DNA of 64,000 nucleotides from Lepidodermella squamata (taxonomy: Eukaryota > Animalia > Gastrotricha), in the NCBI GenBank assembly GCA_047495785.1, contig JBLDXI010000054.1:1178001-1242000 (forward strand), in the 5' to 3' direction. The stretch's first letter is position 1. Each line of letters starts with the position of its first letter. Positions 1 to 12,432 of this stretch are shown here, piece by piece. The position numbers and the translations under genes are program-made. Under the pieces are notes generated by a model. It did not search any database. It was not told the origin of the DNA and was given only the letters and a program-made list of their open reading frames with translations.

Positions 1-1211
1 CATATTGGATGTTGCTGATCTGAGAGGCCATGTCAGCTTCCAATTCGTTATCGGAGCTTTATATTCGGTGGATTCTTTCCTTTTCCTGGGTGGTTTTCTG
101 GCTTATTGGGGCCTGTCTCGCAGATTGAAAACCCTTAAGTTCAATTTTTTCCTGTCTATACCCATGATATACTTCCATCGACTGGTGAGGATCCTGCCGC
201 CTTATATCGCAATAATTTTGCTCGACCTTGGTCTTTGGCCTTATATTTCAAATGGGCCGTTCTACTTTCAAGGCGTAGACCAATTTTGCGCGGATAATTG
301 GTGGACGAACCTTCTGTTTGTCAATAACTTCATCGATCCTTACCGAATGTGTGCCAACTGGACGTGGTACCTTGCTGTGGATATGCAATTGTTCCTGTTA
401 GCTCCTTTTGTGATTTATGTCCTCGTTAAATGGCCGAAATGGGGCTGGGCTATCTGTTTAGTTGCCCTGATAGCACAATTCATTCACAATTTTGTGATCA
501 CTATGGAATATGAATTGTCCACCGCCCATTATCTTGTCCCTAAAGGGTATCTTGAAATGGCTGCTAATGGGTAAGTTATTTTCATGAAAAAATTCTGAAT
601 AAACTTTTGAATTTTGATTTTTTTACAGGACTAATACGAAAGATTACGTACTTTATTTCGATTACATTTACACAAAACCATGGGCTCGTCTGGGCCCTTA
701 TGTAATTGGAATCCTTACCTGCCACATTTTGGTGGCCCATCATGATTTCCTCATGGAAAAAATCTTCAAAAAGGCACACATCCGTCTACCGATTTCACTT
801 TTATCACTTATTCTGATAGTTGTCCTACTGTATGCCCAGTTTGGCGTTTATGCCGGGCGACGGATCGACCCTACCTGGGTTGATGCCCTCTACAACGCTT
901 TTGCAAAAACTGTTTGGGGCATCGCACTGGGTTGGATCATCATTGCTGGATCGCTGAATCGGCTGGGAATTTACGGGAAGTTCTTCTCGTGGCCCATGTG
1001 GGCGATTCCGGCGAGATTGTCCTATTCAGCTTACCTAATGCATCCGTTTGTTTACCTGTACTTCGTTCAGACGAGTCGGAGGCCGTTTCACGTTACGGAT
1101 GCAACGACATCATTTCACTTTACTGGCGTTGCAGTTACGACATTTATGGTTGCCACGACGTTCTCGTTGATTTTCGAGTCGCCTCTTGTCGGTCTCATGC
1201 GATATTTCTAA
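1..1211 (+). CDS. NRF-6/OACYL-like multi-pass O-acyltransferase (Acyl_transf_3 family), 5' part outside window
   Basis: ORFs 5..574 and 729..1211 join across a GT-AG intron 571..628 to give ...YIYTKPWARLGPYVIG. Family motifs SVDSFLFLGGFL, YFHRLVRILP, WTWYLAVDMQLF, RLSYSAYLMH and FESP are present. Confidence 0.9.
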
Positions 1212-2209
1212 CCTTTTATGGCCACTTCGAAAATACACAATTTATTTGATAATATTAACACAGAACGATGTGGAATTAATGTATATTATAGCGAATATTT
1301 ACGAGCATTTATAATTCATTTTTTACCTTTTTTACATTTGCCGGCCCGCCGGTGTTTTCTCCGATTTCAGAAATCCTTGATCATTTGGGTTAGGCGCGAT
1401 TCTTCTTCTTCTGAGCAAACGATAAAAGCCCTAACAACGATTAATGCAGGTAGCAAAACCTCGTAGAGATCCTTTCTCTTCTTCTTTTCGGAGAGAGAGA
1501 GAGATCCTTATATTTTGCAGAATGGCCGTAGTCTACCGCCATGTCATGCCACCGCGCCGGGATCGTTTAGAAGTGTTTTGCTTTTCGTACTTTTGAATTC
1601 AACATTCAACTGTTTGAAATTTCGCAGGAAACGCTTCATCCATAGAGAACGTAGTGATCTATGGCTTCATCATTGCACCCTGCCGCATCACAGCATTTGC
1701 AATGCGGAGTCCTCAGGCAATCTTCTTGAGTTGAGCAGCCTCTGGAAAACTGGTGTCTATACAGAAAAAAGTGTCGAAAACGTCGAAAATCGCGTACTAT
1801 TACACGTTTCGGCTTTTATTCAACCATCTTCAGGATCAAAAAATGTAAGGACATCAACAATCATGTCTCAGAGCTAGTATCAAAACTGTTGATTTCTCCG
1901 AAACCAGGGGGATTTTACATCTGAAATTTCATCTGCCCGTGCCATTTTTCCTGGATGCTGAGTTGAAGTTTTCGGGCTACTCTCATTTAACCAGTTCCTG
2001 CTGTTTTGTCTTCGTTCGAAATTTATGAGATCCAGGCAGAAAAATAATCCTTACCTCGTTTGGTAAGAGAAACTGCATATGCAGACTGCCAATCAGGTTG
2101 CAGACAGCGAGTGACTTGAATTTAATCAGCCAGTGCTATAGAAAGCTAGACCCATAAGCTTTTATGAAGTTTTCTCTCACGCCAGAGCATAGCTCAATAG
2201 CCTTCGACG

Positions 2210-4109
2210 ATGAGAGTTCTTTTTGCAGCTGTGACTTGCTTGGCTGTTATTTGCAGTGCAGCTAAAGGTTACTTCAATCACCTCTTCACCACATCGAAAT
2301 TGAGAGCATTTTATTCCTAAACTAGGAGAGGATGATACAACAGCTTTTCTAGACGCATGTAGGCTAGGCAAGATTAACTACGTTCGGGAGCACTACGTCA
2401 ACTCTGAGAATCTCCGAGCTAAGGACGCATCAGGGAAAACCTGCCTAATGCTGGCGGCAGAAGCTGGACATTGCCAAGTAGTCGAGGTGGTTGTTGCCTC
2501 GAAGGACACAGACGAAGGCGTTCGATCAAATGACGGATCAACCGCCCTGATCTACGCGGTCGAAAAGAATCACAAACCCTGCTTCGACGCTCTTGTCAAA
2601 CACAGCCCGCCTCTTAACGACCCACGAAACGACCAATGGACCCCTCTACACATCGCTGCAAGGGATAATCGCATTGAAATGGCCGAAAAACTCATTGAAA
2701 AAGGCGCTTTCTATGAACTCCACAACAACAGGGGGATGTCGCCGTTGATGGTTGCAGCCGAGGCTGGTTCAAACGCGGTGGCAACTTTCATTCTGAACAA
2801 GGGCGCAAAGGTTAAGGAGGCCTCTCTCGAGGAGGGGAGGACAGTTCTTCACTACGCTGCTAGTAAGGGCGATGTCCCACTCATGACCCAAATCATGTTA
2901 GCTGGCGCTGAGGTCGATGCTGGTTTGAATGAGACACCTTTGATAATCGCCTGCCAGGAGAACCGAACTGACGCTGCGATGTTCCTCCTTAACAAAAAAG
3001 CGAATCCTAACGCTGTGAATAAGAAAACCTCTCTGACCCCTCTGATGATAGCTGTTGAGAAGGATAACCGTCGTTTGGTCGATGCATTGCTTTCAAAGGG
3101 CGCAGAGGCTGCCGCGAAGAGTTCCGACCAAAAAACGGCCCTACTTCTAGCCGCTGAGACAGGTCGTTGTCGAATGGTGAAGACTATCGCCGATCAGCGC
3201 CCGCAGACTCTGGAAGTTCCTGATGCTACCGGCAGCACGCCTTTCCTAACATCAGTACAGGCTGACCATATTGCATGCGCCGAGACGTTGGTAAAGCATA
3301 AGGCAAATCTGAACGCGCAACGAACTACCAACGGCTATTCAGCTCTCCACATTGCGAAATCGGCAAAAATGCTGAAATTCCTGCTTTCAACCCGCATCGA
3401 CCGTAATTTGAAGTCGAAGGCTGGCTGGGCTGCATTTCACAACCACGTTTGGTACTGTAATAAAGAAGCAGTTGCAACTCTGTTGAATGAGAAAGACATT
3501 GTCAAACCAGCCTCGATCTTTGTCGACAAGGCAACTGGGAACAATCTGGTCATCGAGGGTGCGAAATGTCCGGATTTCAGCGATAACATCAACAAAATGC
3601 TGGATAATCAGTTCCCATTGAACGCTCAGAACAATTCAGGCCATTCCGCCTTAATGGTAGCTATTGACAAGCGGCGTGAGGACACTGTCAAAGCCTTGAT
3701 TGCTCGAGAGGCTAACGTCAACCTGGCGGCTAATGATGGTAAAACTGCGGTTAGCTTCGCGGCTATAAACAATATGCAGGAGGTTTTGAAGACGTTACTC
3801 GAGAATGGTGCGTTTGCGGACGGCCAGCCTGGCAAGGAGTCACCCCTCCTCTCGGCCTCTATTGCTGGATCGACAGATTCCGCGATGATTTTGATTGATA
3901 AGGGTGTTGCAGTTGATGTGAAGACTGCGACTGGTGAGACGCCGCTTCATTTTGCTGCTCGTCGCGGTGACTGGAAACTGGTCGAGACTCTGGTGAACCG
4001 AGGTGCGGATTTCAATGCGAAGACCACGAGTGGCGAGTCAGTTCTTCGCGCGGCTGGAACTGAAAATCGCATTGTTGAGTTCTTGAAGAAAATGGGAGCT
4101 CGAGAATGA
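2210..4109 (+). CDS. Ankyrin-repeat protein (~613 aa) with predicted N-terminal signal peptide
   Basis: Many TPLH/TALM-type ankyrin repeats in ORF 2448..4109. Upstream exon 2210..2267 (MRVLFAAVTCLAVICSAAK) and a 58-nt intron 2268..2325 splice in frame to GEDDTTAFLDACRLG...GKTCLMLAA. Confidence 0.85.
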
Positions 4110-4373
4110 TTGACAAATAATAATTGCGAACAATAAATGGGCGGAAAGATCTTAAATGTGCAAGGACAACATTTACATCATTTTTATTTGAATGTAACGC
4201 CAAGGGCTATTCAAACAAGGGAAAGGAATAACGATTGCATGATAGGTTACGGAGGTCACAGAGAACACAAGTCGACGAAATTTGTTTCGAACTTTTTGAA
4301 TTTCGGGGAATGGTTCATCCCCACACCCATAAAGTATAATGTTCTGTTCCGAATGAATTCTTTTTGCTATTAA

Positions 4374-5525
4374 TCAAGTTACCATAAGATAGAAAAGAGC
4401 TGTGTCAATTATCATGACCATAAGGATTGCCGAAACAGCAACCGAAATGTCCAGAAAACGCTGCATTGGCACGGTCACTGACTTATGCAACATGACAACA
4501 CGAGATTTCATGGATTCCGGGATACTCGGACTGGAGCATGTATAGGCTGTAATTACGACTGCAACAATGAATTTCGCCTCGATCATGTACACAAGGTAGA
4601 CATGATCTGAGGTTTTTGGCATCATGCCAAAAATCAAAGTCAAAAAAACAACGTAAGAAAGCACAACAGTCACGCAAAATGCTGATTGGTCTCTGTTCAC
4701 AGGCTCACTCAACAGAGACACAGCTTGAAGGATGAAAAGGGCGATAGTCGGTACGAAGACATTACAGACGTAGTAGCCACTTTTGCGGCGAAATCGAATT
4801 GTCATATTAACTCGGGAATAAAAGTGCGTGTCGTAACTTTTGTATTCGAGTGGCTCGATAACTGACCATATATCAGTATCAACGACGAAGGTATCACGGG
4901 CTGCCGTATCGATTAGAATTGAACCAATGCGGAGCGTCACGTCTTCGGGAAGATCAGAGGAGTCGATAAAGAGCGAGCAGGCTTGCTCATCGAAGGGAAA
5001 TTTACGGTAGCTGAAAGCAGTGCAGGAAACGTCGAATCGGTCGAAAATAAAGTAGCCCATCGCTTTCGAGTCAAATGGATATATCCAGACATAGTCACTG
5101 AATTTGCGACCAACTGCAGGCGACTCGTGGGCAGTGGCATGATGAACCACTGGGGTCCAAATATTGATTGCTGGGACTGGATAGAAGAGCCTGCTAGAAT
5201 TGTTCATCATGCATTCTGTTCCCGAGAGCAAATCTGTGCATTTCGGGATTTCGCACGGCAGCCCCCAATACAAAATTAGATGGGCAAGAAGCGACAGTTT
5301 TTGCTCAACATCGTCGATTCCCATAAAACGTAGGAGGTACATATTAAAATTCACGACAATCGGACGGCTGTTATTCGAATAAATGGCTTGATCCACCGGT
5401 AGGCTTTCCGACAGAACTGCTGGACAAAACTGGGAGAATTTCGCTCGCAACCTGCCAGCAGCTGATGCCGCAGCTCCCATCGGCGCGAGCTTAATCACCA
5501 TCAGCATTACGAAACTCGATCTCAT
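4374..5525 (-). CDS. Divergent Cys-loop ligand-gated ion channel subunit (LGIC-1), intronless
   Basis: Probable start MRSSFVMLMV at 5525. Contains IWTP, the Cys-loop C-TAFSYRKFPFDEQA-C, pre-M1 FRRKSGYY and four hydrophobic helices; no vicinal loop-C cysteines. Confidence 0.85.
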   Translation of the reverse strand: MRSSFVMLMVIKLAPMGAAASAAGRLRAKFSQFCPAVLSESLPVDQAIYSNNSRPIVVNFNMYLLRFMGIDDVEQKLSLLAHLILYWGLPCEIPKCTDLLSGTECMMNNSSRLFYPVPAINIWTPVVHHATAHESPAVGRKFSDYVWIYPFDSKAMGYFIFDRFDVSCTAFSYRKFPFDEQACSLFIDSSDLPEDVTLRIGSILIDTAARDTFVVDTDIWSVIEPLEYKSYDTHFYSRVNMTIRFRRKSGYYVCNVFVPTIALFILQAVSLLSEPVNRDQSAFCVTVVLSYVVFLTLIFGMMPKTSDHVYLVYMIEAKFIVAVVITAYTCSSPSIPESMKSRVVMLHKSVTVPMQRFLDISVAVSAILMVMIIDTALFYLMVT

Positions 5526-5953
5526 GCTGGTTTGTTGGCGATGCAAATCCGAAATGATGGCTTTCCGTCCAAAAGCTGAAAACAATTGAGTAGAGCGTAT
5601 CTTACTCGGGATTTCAAATTTCCTGTGCAGCATATGTATGCATAGCGATTCATTCAACTAGGCACTAGGTGCAGACTGTGTGCTGTTAGACAACTTTTAA
5701 TTTCCTGCTTTGAAAGGACTGAGTGCTGAGTTTTCGAAAGAACATTTGGATTCTCACTTAAACCTTTTGGCCATAGAATTTTGACCTGATAGTACCCCCT
5801 AGATCCTATACACTTTTGAATCATTCGAAAAGCTCCGAGCAATTCGATTTGACCCCTTTGTTCGCTTGTTTTTGAGCAATTTAGGAATTGTTCGGAGTTT
5901 TTCGAATGAGTCAAAAGTACTCCTGCCGGCCTGGGCTGTCTGAAGGACTTTCT

Positions 5954-6170
5954 AAGGACTTTCGATTGGAATTTGGACAAGTTCGAAGTTTATTAAGTCG
6001 TTACTAAGTGGATCGGAGGTGGAGTATGACATTCGATCTAGACGTTGCCCCCGGTAACTCGAGCCCACGAACGTTATGTTGTTTGTCCAAACCTTCTCTG
6101 CTTTCCTACGCAACTCGACTAGAAGTCTCGGAGCTCTGAATCTCTCATCTCAGATAATAAGGGAATGTAC
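5954..6170 (+). repeat. Dispersed ~220-bp repeat, copy 1 (leader of the decayed hAT transposase)
   Basis: Near-identical to 42972..43197. Confidence 0.85.
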
Positions 6171-7560
6171 ATGGAATGTACAGAAGGGAATGTACAGAAG
6201 GAAGGCTTGATTTGGCCGTTCAAGTTCGATTCCGAAAAAGAAATGGTTATTTGCTCTTCATGTGCCAAGTACGAAGGGTGTGGTGGACGGAAAAGCGAGT
6301 CCGGTTCGTGGGCTAGCGGCAAATCTCGCCCAGCCGGAGGATGGCAGTACTCGCAACTCAAGGATCACGCGAAGAAATGCCAGCCGGTGGCACAGGGCAC
6401 AAAGACTCTGCAACGCATTGCCGAAAAAGTGTTAGTTCGAATTTCAGCCGAGCTAATAATTCCCCTGATGATGCTGGTCTATTGGCTTGCGCTGGAAGAC
6501 GTTTCTCTGTTGAAGTGGCAGTCGTTGGTCGTCGTCTTGGGTGTTACTCTAACTTCGTCCCACCGGGTCAAAAACTACGCCTGGGAATTTTTAGCATAGC
6601 ATAGCATAGCATTTTCTTTATTTTATCTTTTCCTTGATCAACAATAACATAATAATAACAATTGAGTTCAAGTACAGAAACGAAGAAACAAAAATGAGAA
6701 GGAAAAATGATAAAATAAAATTCACTCCGGTGTACCCAATTCGCCGGGCGTGATGTAAATTTTGTTCACACCAAGCGAACCGAGTGTCGGAGGAGGACCG
6801 GTAGCAAGCTACCTATCCTGATCGTCAACCTCAAAAACTCATCCTTACTCTGATATTTCAATTTCACCAAAATAACTATGACTTTTTTGTCTCCAATTAG
6901 TTCTATCCTGGGCCAGGGCTTCGGCCTCCTCAAAATTGTTAATCCCTAATTTGTTCAAATGTTTTTTGATGCAATCAATCCACCTTAATTTTGGTCGCCC
7001 TCGAGGTCTACTCCAAGTATGGGAATTTTTGTTCGCGATAAATGAAGTTTTACGACGCGATACAGTTGAGCATGTGAAGAAGATACGTTACGATACAAGT
7101 TGGATTATTTCTTGACGAAAGTGCCGAAGGCAAAGGACTTGGTGATTTCAGAGGTGCGCAAGACCCTACCAAAATCAACCGATCCACAACCGGCCGCTAA
7201 GAATAAAACTCGTCATCTTCAAGGTAGAGGGGTTTTTGGGCCAACCGGCCAGCAACGCCTCGTACCCGGATCGTTCCGTCGGCAAGTACGGCATACGAGG
7301 ATGAGATCCGTGGTATTTACGAAATCCGTCCGATTTCTCACAACGACGACCCACTTGTCTGGTAGCGGCTGAATCACCACAAGTATTCTTGGATGGCGGG
7401 CCTTTCTCGGAAGCTGCTGGCAATCCCTCCAACAAGTGTTGAATCCGAGCGGTTGTTTTCAGTGGCTGGCGAAATCGACTAAGCCCGTCTACCGTCTAAG
7501 GCTGAAATGTTGATATTTTAAAATTAAATTTGCCGTACGTCGGCTTTTCCTACGAACTTG
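6165..7560 (+). mobile_element. Decayed hAT-superfamily (ZNF862/ZBED-like) transposase remnant
   Basis: N-terminal CxxC...W...LKDH zinc-finger-like segment and VYWLALEDVSLLKW. An LDES motif near 7110 lies after a frameshift. The hATC dimerisation motif DPLVW*RLNHHKYSWMAGLSRKLLAIPPTSVESERLFSVAG occurs at ~7345..7470 with stops. Confidence 0.8.
6593..7019 (-). mobile_element. 5'-truncated RTE-like non-LTR retrotransposon nested in the hAT remnant
   Basis: Minus strand encodes RPRGRPKLRWIDCIKKHLNKLGINNFEEAEALAQDRTNWRQ, typical of an RTE ORF end. 3' tail is (ATGCT)4 at 6593..6612. An 11-bp TSD TGGGAATTTTT lies at 6582..6592 and 7020..7030. Confidence 0.88.
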
Positions 7561-7578
7561 AGTATTAGGTGCCAATGT

Positions 7579-8450
7579 CAGGGTTGGGGTTTATACAGAT
7601 ATTTCAAATTTCGGATCTGTTTAAACGTTTAAACGTTTAAACATATGTTTAAACAGGTATATATACAGATAGTGTAAAAATGGGTATTTTGCTCCAAGCT
7701 ACATCTCGTTAACTGTATCTGTGGTTGAATTTTAAGTTGCACCACGTGATTCTGCGTGAAAAACTGCATAGTTTGATGTATTACTCGACTATTTTCTCAT
7801 TCAGAAAGACAAAATCATGAAGGTGCAATAAAGTAATAAAATAATTCAAAAAATTCAATTATGTCCGGAAGTATGACAGCTACTGAAATTCTGACAACGG
7901 ATTCGGATCCGCCGTGAAAAGTTACCCCTCCGGGGTTTCTAAGGGGGTTTGCAAGGTCAAAGGAAGCGGTTTTGCCGATTTTTTTGAACATTTCAACTTT
8001 AAAGGCACGAAACCGCCCAATTATACGCTACCGGAAGCATAAACTGATTTCGCGATATCTTCGTTATTATGATAGATAGAGGCTTGAAACTTTGGATTCT
8101 AGGGTAACTTTTGCCGCTGAACAAGCTGGTGACATCAGCTTTATAGCATACGACACCGATTATCGGTTATCGATTATCTGTTATCGGTGATCGATCAGCT
8201 GACTGATTGGCATTTACTCAGCCATTTTCGATTGTTTCTTCAGAGCTCAGAGCTTATATCTACCATTAGCTACACAATGTTGGGGAAACCTGATCTATAT
8301 TTTTATGCTCCGATATACCAATCACGTTAGATCGTAGTTAAAACACTGTTAGACCTGTATAAACCCTGTTTTTTCAGATTTTTCGGACCTGTTTAAACAG
8401 TATGTTTAAACATACTGTATAAACAGATTGTTTAAACAGCCCCAACCCTG
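7579..8450. mobile_element. Non-autonomous hAT element (872 bp)
   Basis: TIRs CAGGGTTGGGG / CCCCAACCCTG, 8-bp TSD GCCAATGT at 7571..7578 and 8451..8458, and subterminal GTTTAAAC repeats. Confidence 0.92.
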
Positions 8451-9014
8451 GCCAATGTTGAGAATAGATGAAGGATTAAAAGGTGACATAAAAGATTTTT
8501 AGCTATTCAAAGCTTCAATGAAAAATTAAACATCAAAAAATAAAAAAAAATAAGATTACGGCCGATTTTAACACTTTATCTGGCAAAAATAGACTGCGAG
8601 ATCGATATTTCGATCCAAATACTGGGTCTGTCAAAATTCCTTTTTTTTCTGGTCAACGATGCATCGTAGGGCAAAATGCCTGATGGCAAAATGTAGGTCA
8701 CGACCCGGCGGTTCTTTTAACACCAAATATTGGGCCAAAGACTTCAAGGAACGCACAGAAATCAACTTCTAAAACAGTGAAATTTCGATTGTTGCGCCAT
8801 ATTCTGGGTCTAATAATTAGGTCCAATTCTCAGTTCCGATTTTTTGGCTCTTATGTGAAATGTCGACGTTATTTCACAGTCATTTCCAAAGACCTGCTCG
8901 GACCTTGTGGCCCCAAATTCGGTATCAAAAGAACCGCCGGGTTATGGCCCACATTTCTCCGTCAGGCACTTTGCCTATCGTTGACCCGAAAAAAAGACTT
9001 AGCTGAGATTAAAT

Positions 9015-9246
9015 TACATGAGGGAGAAAAGAAAACCGTCACTAATCATGACAATAAGAATGACAATAAGTCGCTGACTTATGCAGTTTGACAGCGCGAG
9101 ATTTCATTGACTCAGGGACACACGGACTGGAGCATGTATAAGCTGTAATTACGACTTTAACAATGAGTTCACCTCGAATATGTGCACAAGGTAGACGTGA
9201 TCTGAACTGTTCAAAAGCTCCAGCTGAAAGATGATAAGAATAGCAT
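9015..9246 (-). pseudogene. Decayed partial copy of the LGIC-1 transmembrane region
   Basis: 9070..9205 aligns by eye with 4474..4610 (ggactggagcatgtata.gctgtaattacgact...cacaaggtagac.tgatctga), with deletions and frameshifts. Confidence 0.8.
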
Positions 9247-9693
9247 TAATTCGTTTATATTTTAGTTTATATAAAGACGGGGGTTTATATTTTGTCGTTC
9301 GGTCAATCGGTTTATCAGTTGGTCATTTTTTCAGTCCTGGGTTGGATCGTGTTCGTGATGGTTCAACGGCTGTTTCAAGTAGCGCGCAACTTATAAACCA
9401 CAAACAGAGTGTTTTCAAACCTACCTTCAACCGTCAGAAGGGGCACGACGCATGATTTAATGGCAGTCACCATCCCTTCTGCACTCACTAACTACCTCTT
9501 TTAGCTTACTAACTGCCCAAGGCGCATCTTTTATGATTCCTGACGAGACCGATAAAAATGATGTTTTTTCTAATTATTTATTTTACTACAAGGGCAAATA
9601 AAATGATTTTCGTTCGTTTCGTTCGCTACACTCACTCAGTCTTTGCTAGTCTCGCGACGGTCGCTCGGCCCCCTATTTTCGAACGCAAAGGCG

Positions 9694-9955
9694 CAGGGCG
9701 CGATCTTCGATCCGCGAGCTCCCGGGGATATGGAAACAATTTATTTGCTGTTTTTGCCAAAATGACAAGTCATTTCGGCTAATAACCGAGCGAAGCGAGA
9801 AAATGTTGGAGATTTTCCACTAAAACACGCCCCAGAACCTTCCAAAATTAACAAAACAGTGGGATAAATTCTCATTTTGTTGTCTGGCCCGGCCGAGCTG
9901 GGGGGGGGGGGGGGGGGGGGATGATCCCCCCACCCCCCCTGAAAGTCTCACACTG
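9694..9955. mobile_element. Short hAT-type MITE, copy 1
   Basis: Imperfect TIRs CAGGGCGCGATCTTC / GAAAGTCTCACACTG and 8-bp TSD CAAAGGCG. Homologous to 36817..37059. The host repeat occurs uninterrupted at ~48030..48176. Confidence 0.88.
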
Positions 9956-10148
9956 CAAAGGCGATTTCCCCCTCCTCCCTGTAATCGAATGACTGAGAAA
10001 CCTGTTTCTCTGTGTGGAAACTGGCGGATGGTAGCACAACTTGTTCACTAAACTATTAATAGAGGAATAAGATATAATGCAAAGATAAATAGTTATTTTC
10101 TTCTCAAGCAGAAAAATAATGACCGCGTCCATTGAAAATTGTTGTAAT

Positions 10149-11364
10149 TTATTTCATGTTAGAGTAGATGTAAAAAACGGTCACGCCATTCAGAAGTAGG
10201 AGCCCGATGACAGCTACACTAGCGCAGATCATATCGACAAAAGCGTATAGCTGAATGGTTTTGTACCTCAAGGTCCTTAGAATCAAGCCTGTTTCCATTT
10301 CTCGTTCCGCCATCTCCGGATTGAAGCGGATAAAAGTGCACATTATGGCGGCGTAAATCACGATGAACATCGAGTAAATCATTTCGCCAAGCACGTAGTA
10401 CTGCAGAACGATAGCTTTAGGTGTCCTAGGCATGCTGTTCACGATTTGAGATTGCAAGAATGTGAATGACAGGAGAATTGAAGCTCCAAATGCAGGCCGA
10501 TCGGGTGCCCTAGCGGGAATGAGAAATGTCCCTAGCTCCAATAGGCAGAGGATGAAGCTTGGGGCAAGTAAGTTCAATATCTCCCAGTTGGGCTTCCTCC
10601 TTAGGGCCATCCAATAAGTGATTTCGGTCAAACTTCCTAGGTTGTACTGATTAGTGACGACGCTAACGTGCATATCAATCTTCTCCCAAACACTGTTCGA
10701 TCCCATAAATGAAGTTTTGAGTTCATTGTAATCAGCCGCGCCAATTAAAATCAAGGACGGGTGTACTGTTGACATGAATTGAAACTGTGAGAATGTTGTG
10801 GAATGAAATCAATCAGGTTTTAGCTTCCAAAAAATGAAAAAGACTCACCGAACAGTTTTGCGTATCAAAAGGGTACAATTCCAATGCCAAATCGCAATAA
10901 ACCTCGAACAGGCCAGCTTTTACTATTGAGACAAGGCCCGCCATCGGATAAAATACTACTATATCAGTGAACGTGTCTTTCAAACCATAATTGTTAACAC
11001 TGTTTCGCAAGTACAACTTGGGTGTCCAGATGGGTGGATTTTCAAGCTGGAGTGTTTTCAAGTTCTGAGGCCATTTTGTTGCATTACGGGCGGTTGCTGC
11101 GGCGCAAGTATCAACCCATATCATTTGAATTGCAGCTATAACCGTTATTGATTCAGTTATGTCGTTGATTTCTTTAAAACGATCCGCCGAAAAGCTGACA
11201 TTGACAACCAGTGGCTGTCCAAGCAGTTCATAGGGGGAAGCTACTTCCAAGGGATCCAGATGGCAGTTTGCTAGAAGAGCTTTGATTGCAGTAAAAGAGC
11301 TGCTATCAAAACTTGAGGAAGATAAATGGAGAAAATAGGAGAAAATCACTAGAGCTGAAAACAT
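10149..11364 (-). CDS. Divergent Cys-loop ligand-gated ion channel subunit (LGIC-2), 2 exons
   Basis: Signal peptide MFSALVIFSYFLHLSSS, IWTPKL, Cys-loop CDLALELYPFDTQNC, intron 10785..10848, then LRRKP and M1-M4 (M2 PDRPAFGASILLSFTFLQ). Confidence 0.88.
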
Positions 11365-12432
11365 CTTTGATAAATTGCGGATAAATTGATAAATTTTTTA
11401 AATCGACACAAAATCATGAAACTCAAACCAAAATGGGTGGTTATGGAACATTGAATTGAGCCTGGTCGATAAAAGCCATTATCGGTATTTACAATTTTGT
11501 TAGCCGTGAAAATTGATCAATAGCAAGCTTGAATCCCTCGTTCAATTATTCATATGATTGATGATGAACAGCAAATTTGATCCTGAAATCAGACAACTTC
11601 AAATTGCAGTTTTTCGGTTACATTCAAACGATAGGAAATGATATAAACTACTTCCGAAACCGGTAGAAACCTATTGGGGAACAACTTTCTTGAGGGTGCC
11701 GTAACCACATAGTGCCATCATAATGCCGCTTAGCAGCAAGCTGATAGCTGACTGTGTTTAATTGTAACAGTGGCAGCTCTTTCCTGCAAACTTTCACTGA
11801 TCAGCCATCATGTTTCACGGCCAACTGCTGGCAGCAGGTAGCCGGAAAATTCGTCTTGAAATTCATCTCATTCATACCTGTAGGCCCCGTTGTTTCCAGA
11901 AAATGGACCATATATTTATCTTGGTTTGATTTAAATTTCCAGTTTCATTAAACGACCTTCTATTACTTACTTCAGATATATATTGGACTCCATGGGCAAT
12001 GAATGAGGTTGAATTTCATGAGATTTGCCGGCTGTCAGTGACAAGAACTTGAGGAGGCTATAAATACGCTTCACTTATCGATATTGAATCATTATTGAAT
12101 AGGTCTTTCAATAAGTTGCACCAATGAAAGGTGCTACATAAGGTGTTCCATTTGAAAGATGATAGGACTCGCTGAGCTATCAGCTGGGGATAGCAAATTC
12201 CATGAGTTCAACGATGAAATCCAGCTAATCCAACCGAAATTAATCTTCATAATTGCTTGAACCTGTTAACTCATAAACATGCTTTCGAGTTGATTGAAAA
12301 ATAGCGCCATTCACATGAGGAATTTATGGATTCGATCCTTTGTATTAGGTTTATTCAAGACAAGAAGCCAATTTTCCGAAATTACTAAACGCGCGGGTCA
12401 CATGATGAGTTGCCCTGGACGAGTTATGTTTT

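Noticed and set aside
9380-9560. Possible Penelope 3' end with hammerhead core (CTGACGAG at ~9540)
   Set aside because: No downstream GAAA core or closing stems were found, and the protein similarity is too weak.
9900-9920. Poly-G run as a G-quadruplex or functional element
   Set aside because: It is an expansion of a 5-G run seen in the other MITE copy and may be a homopolymer artefact.
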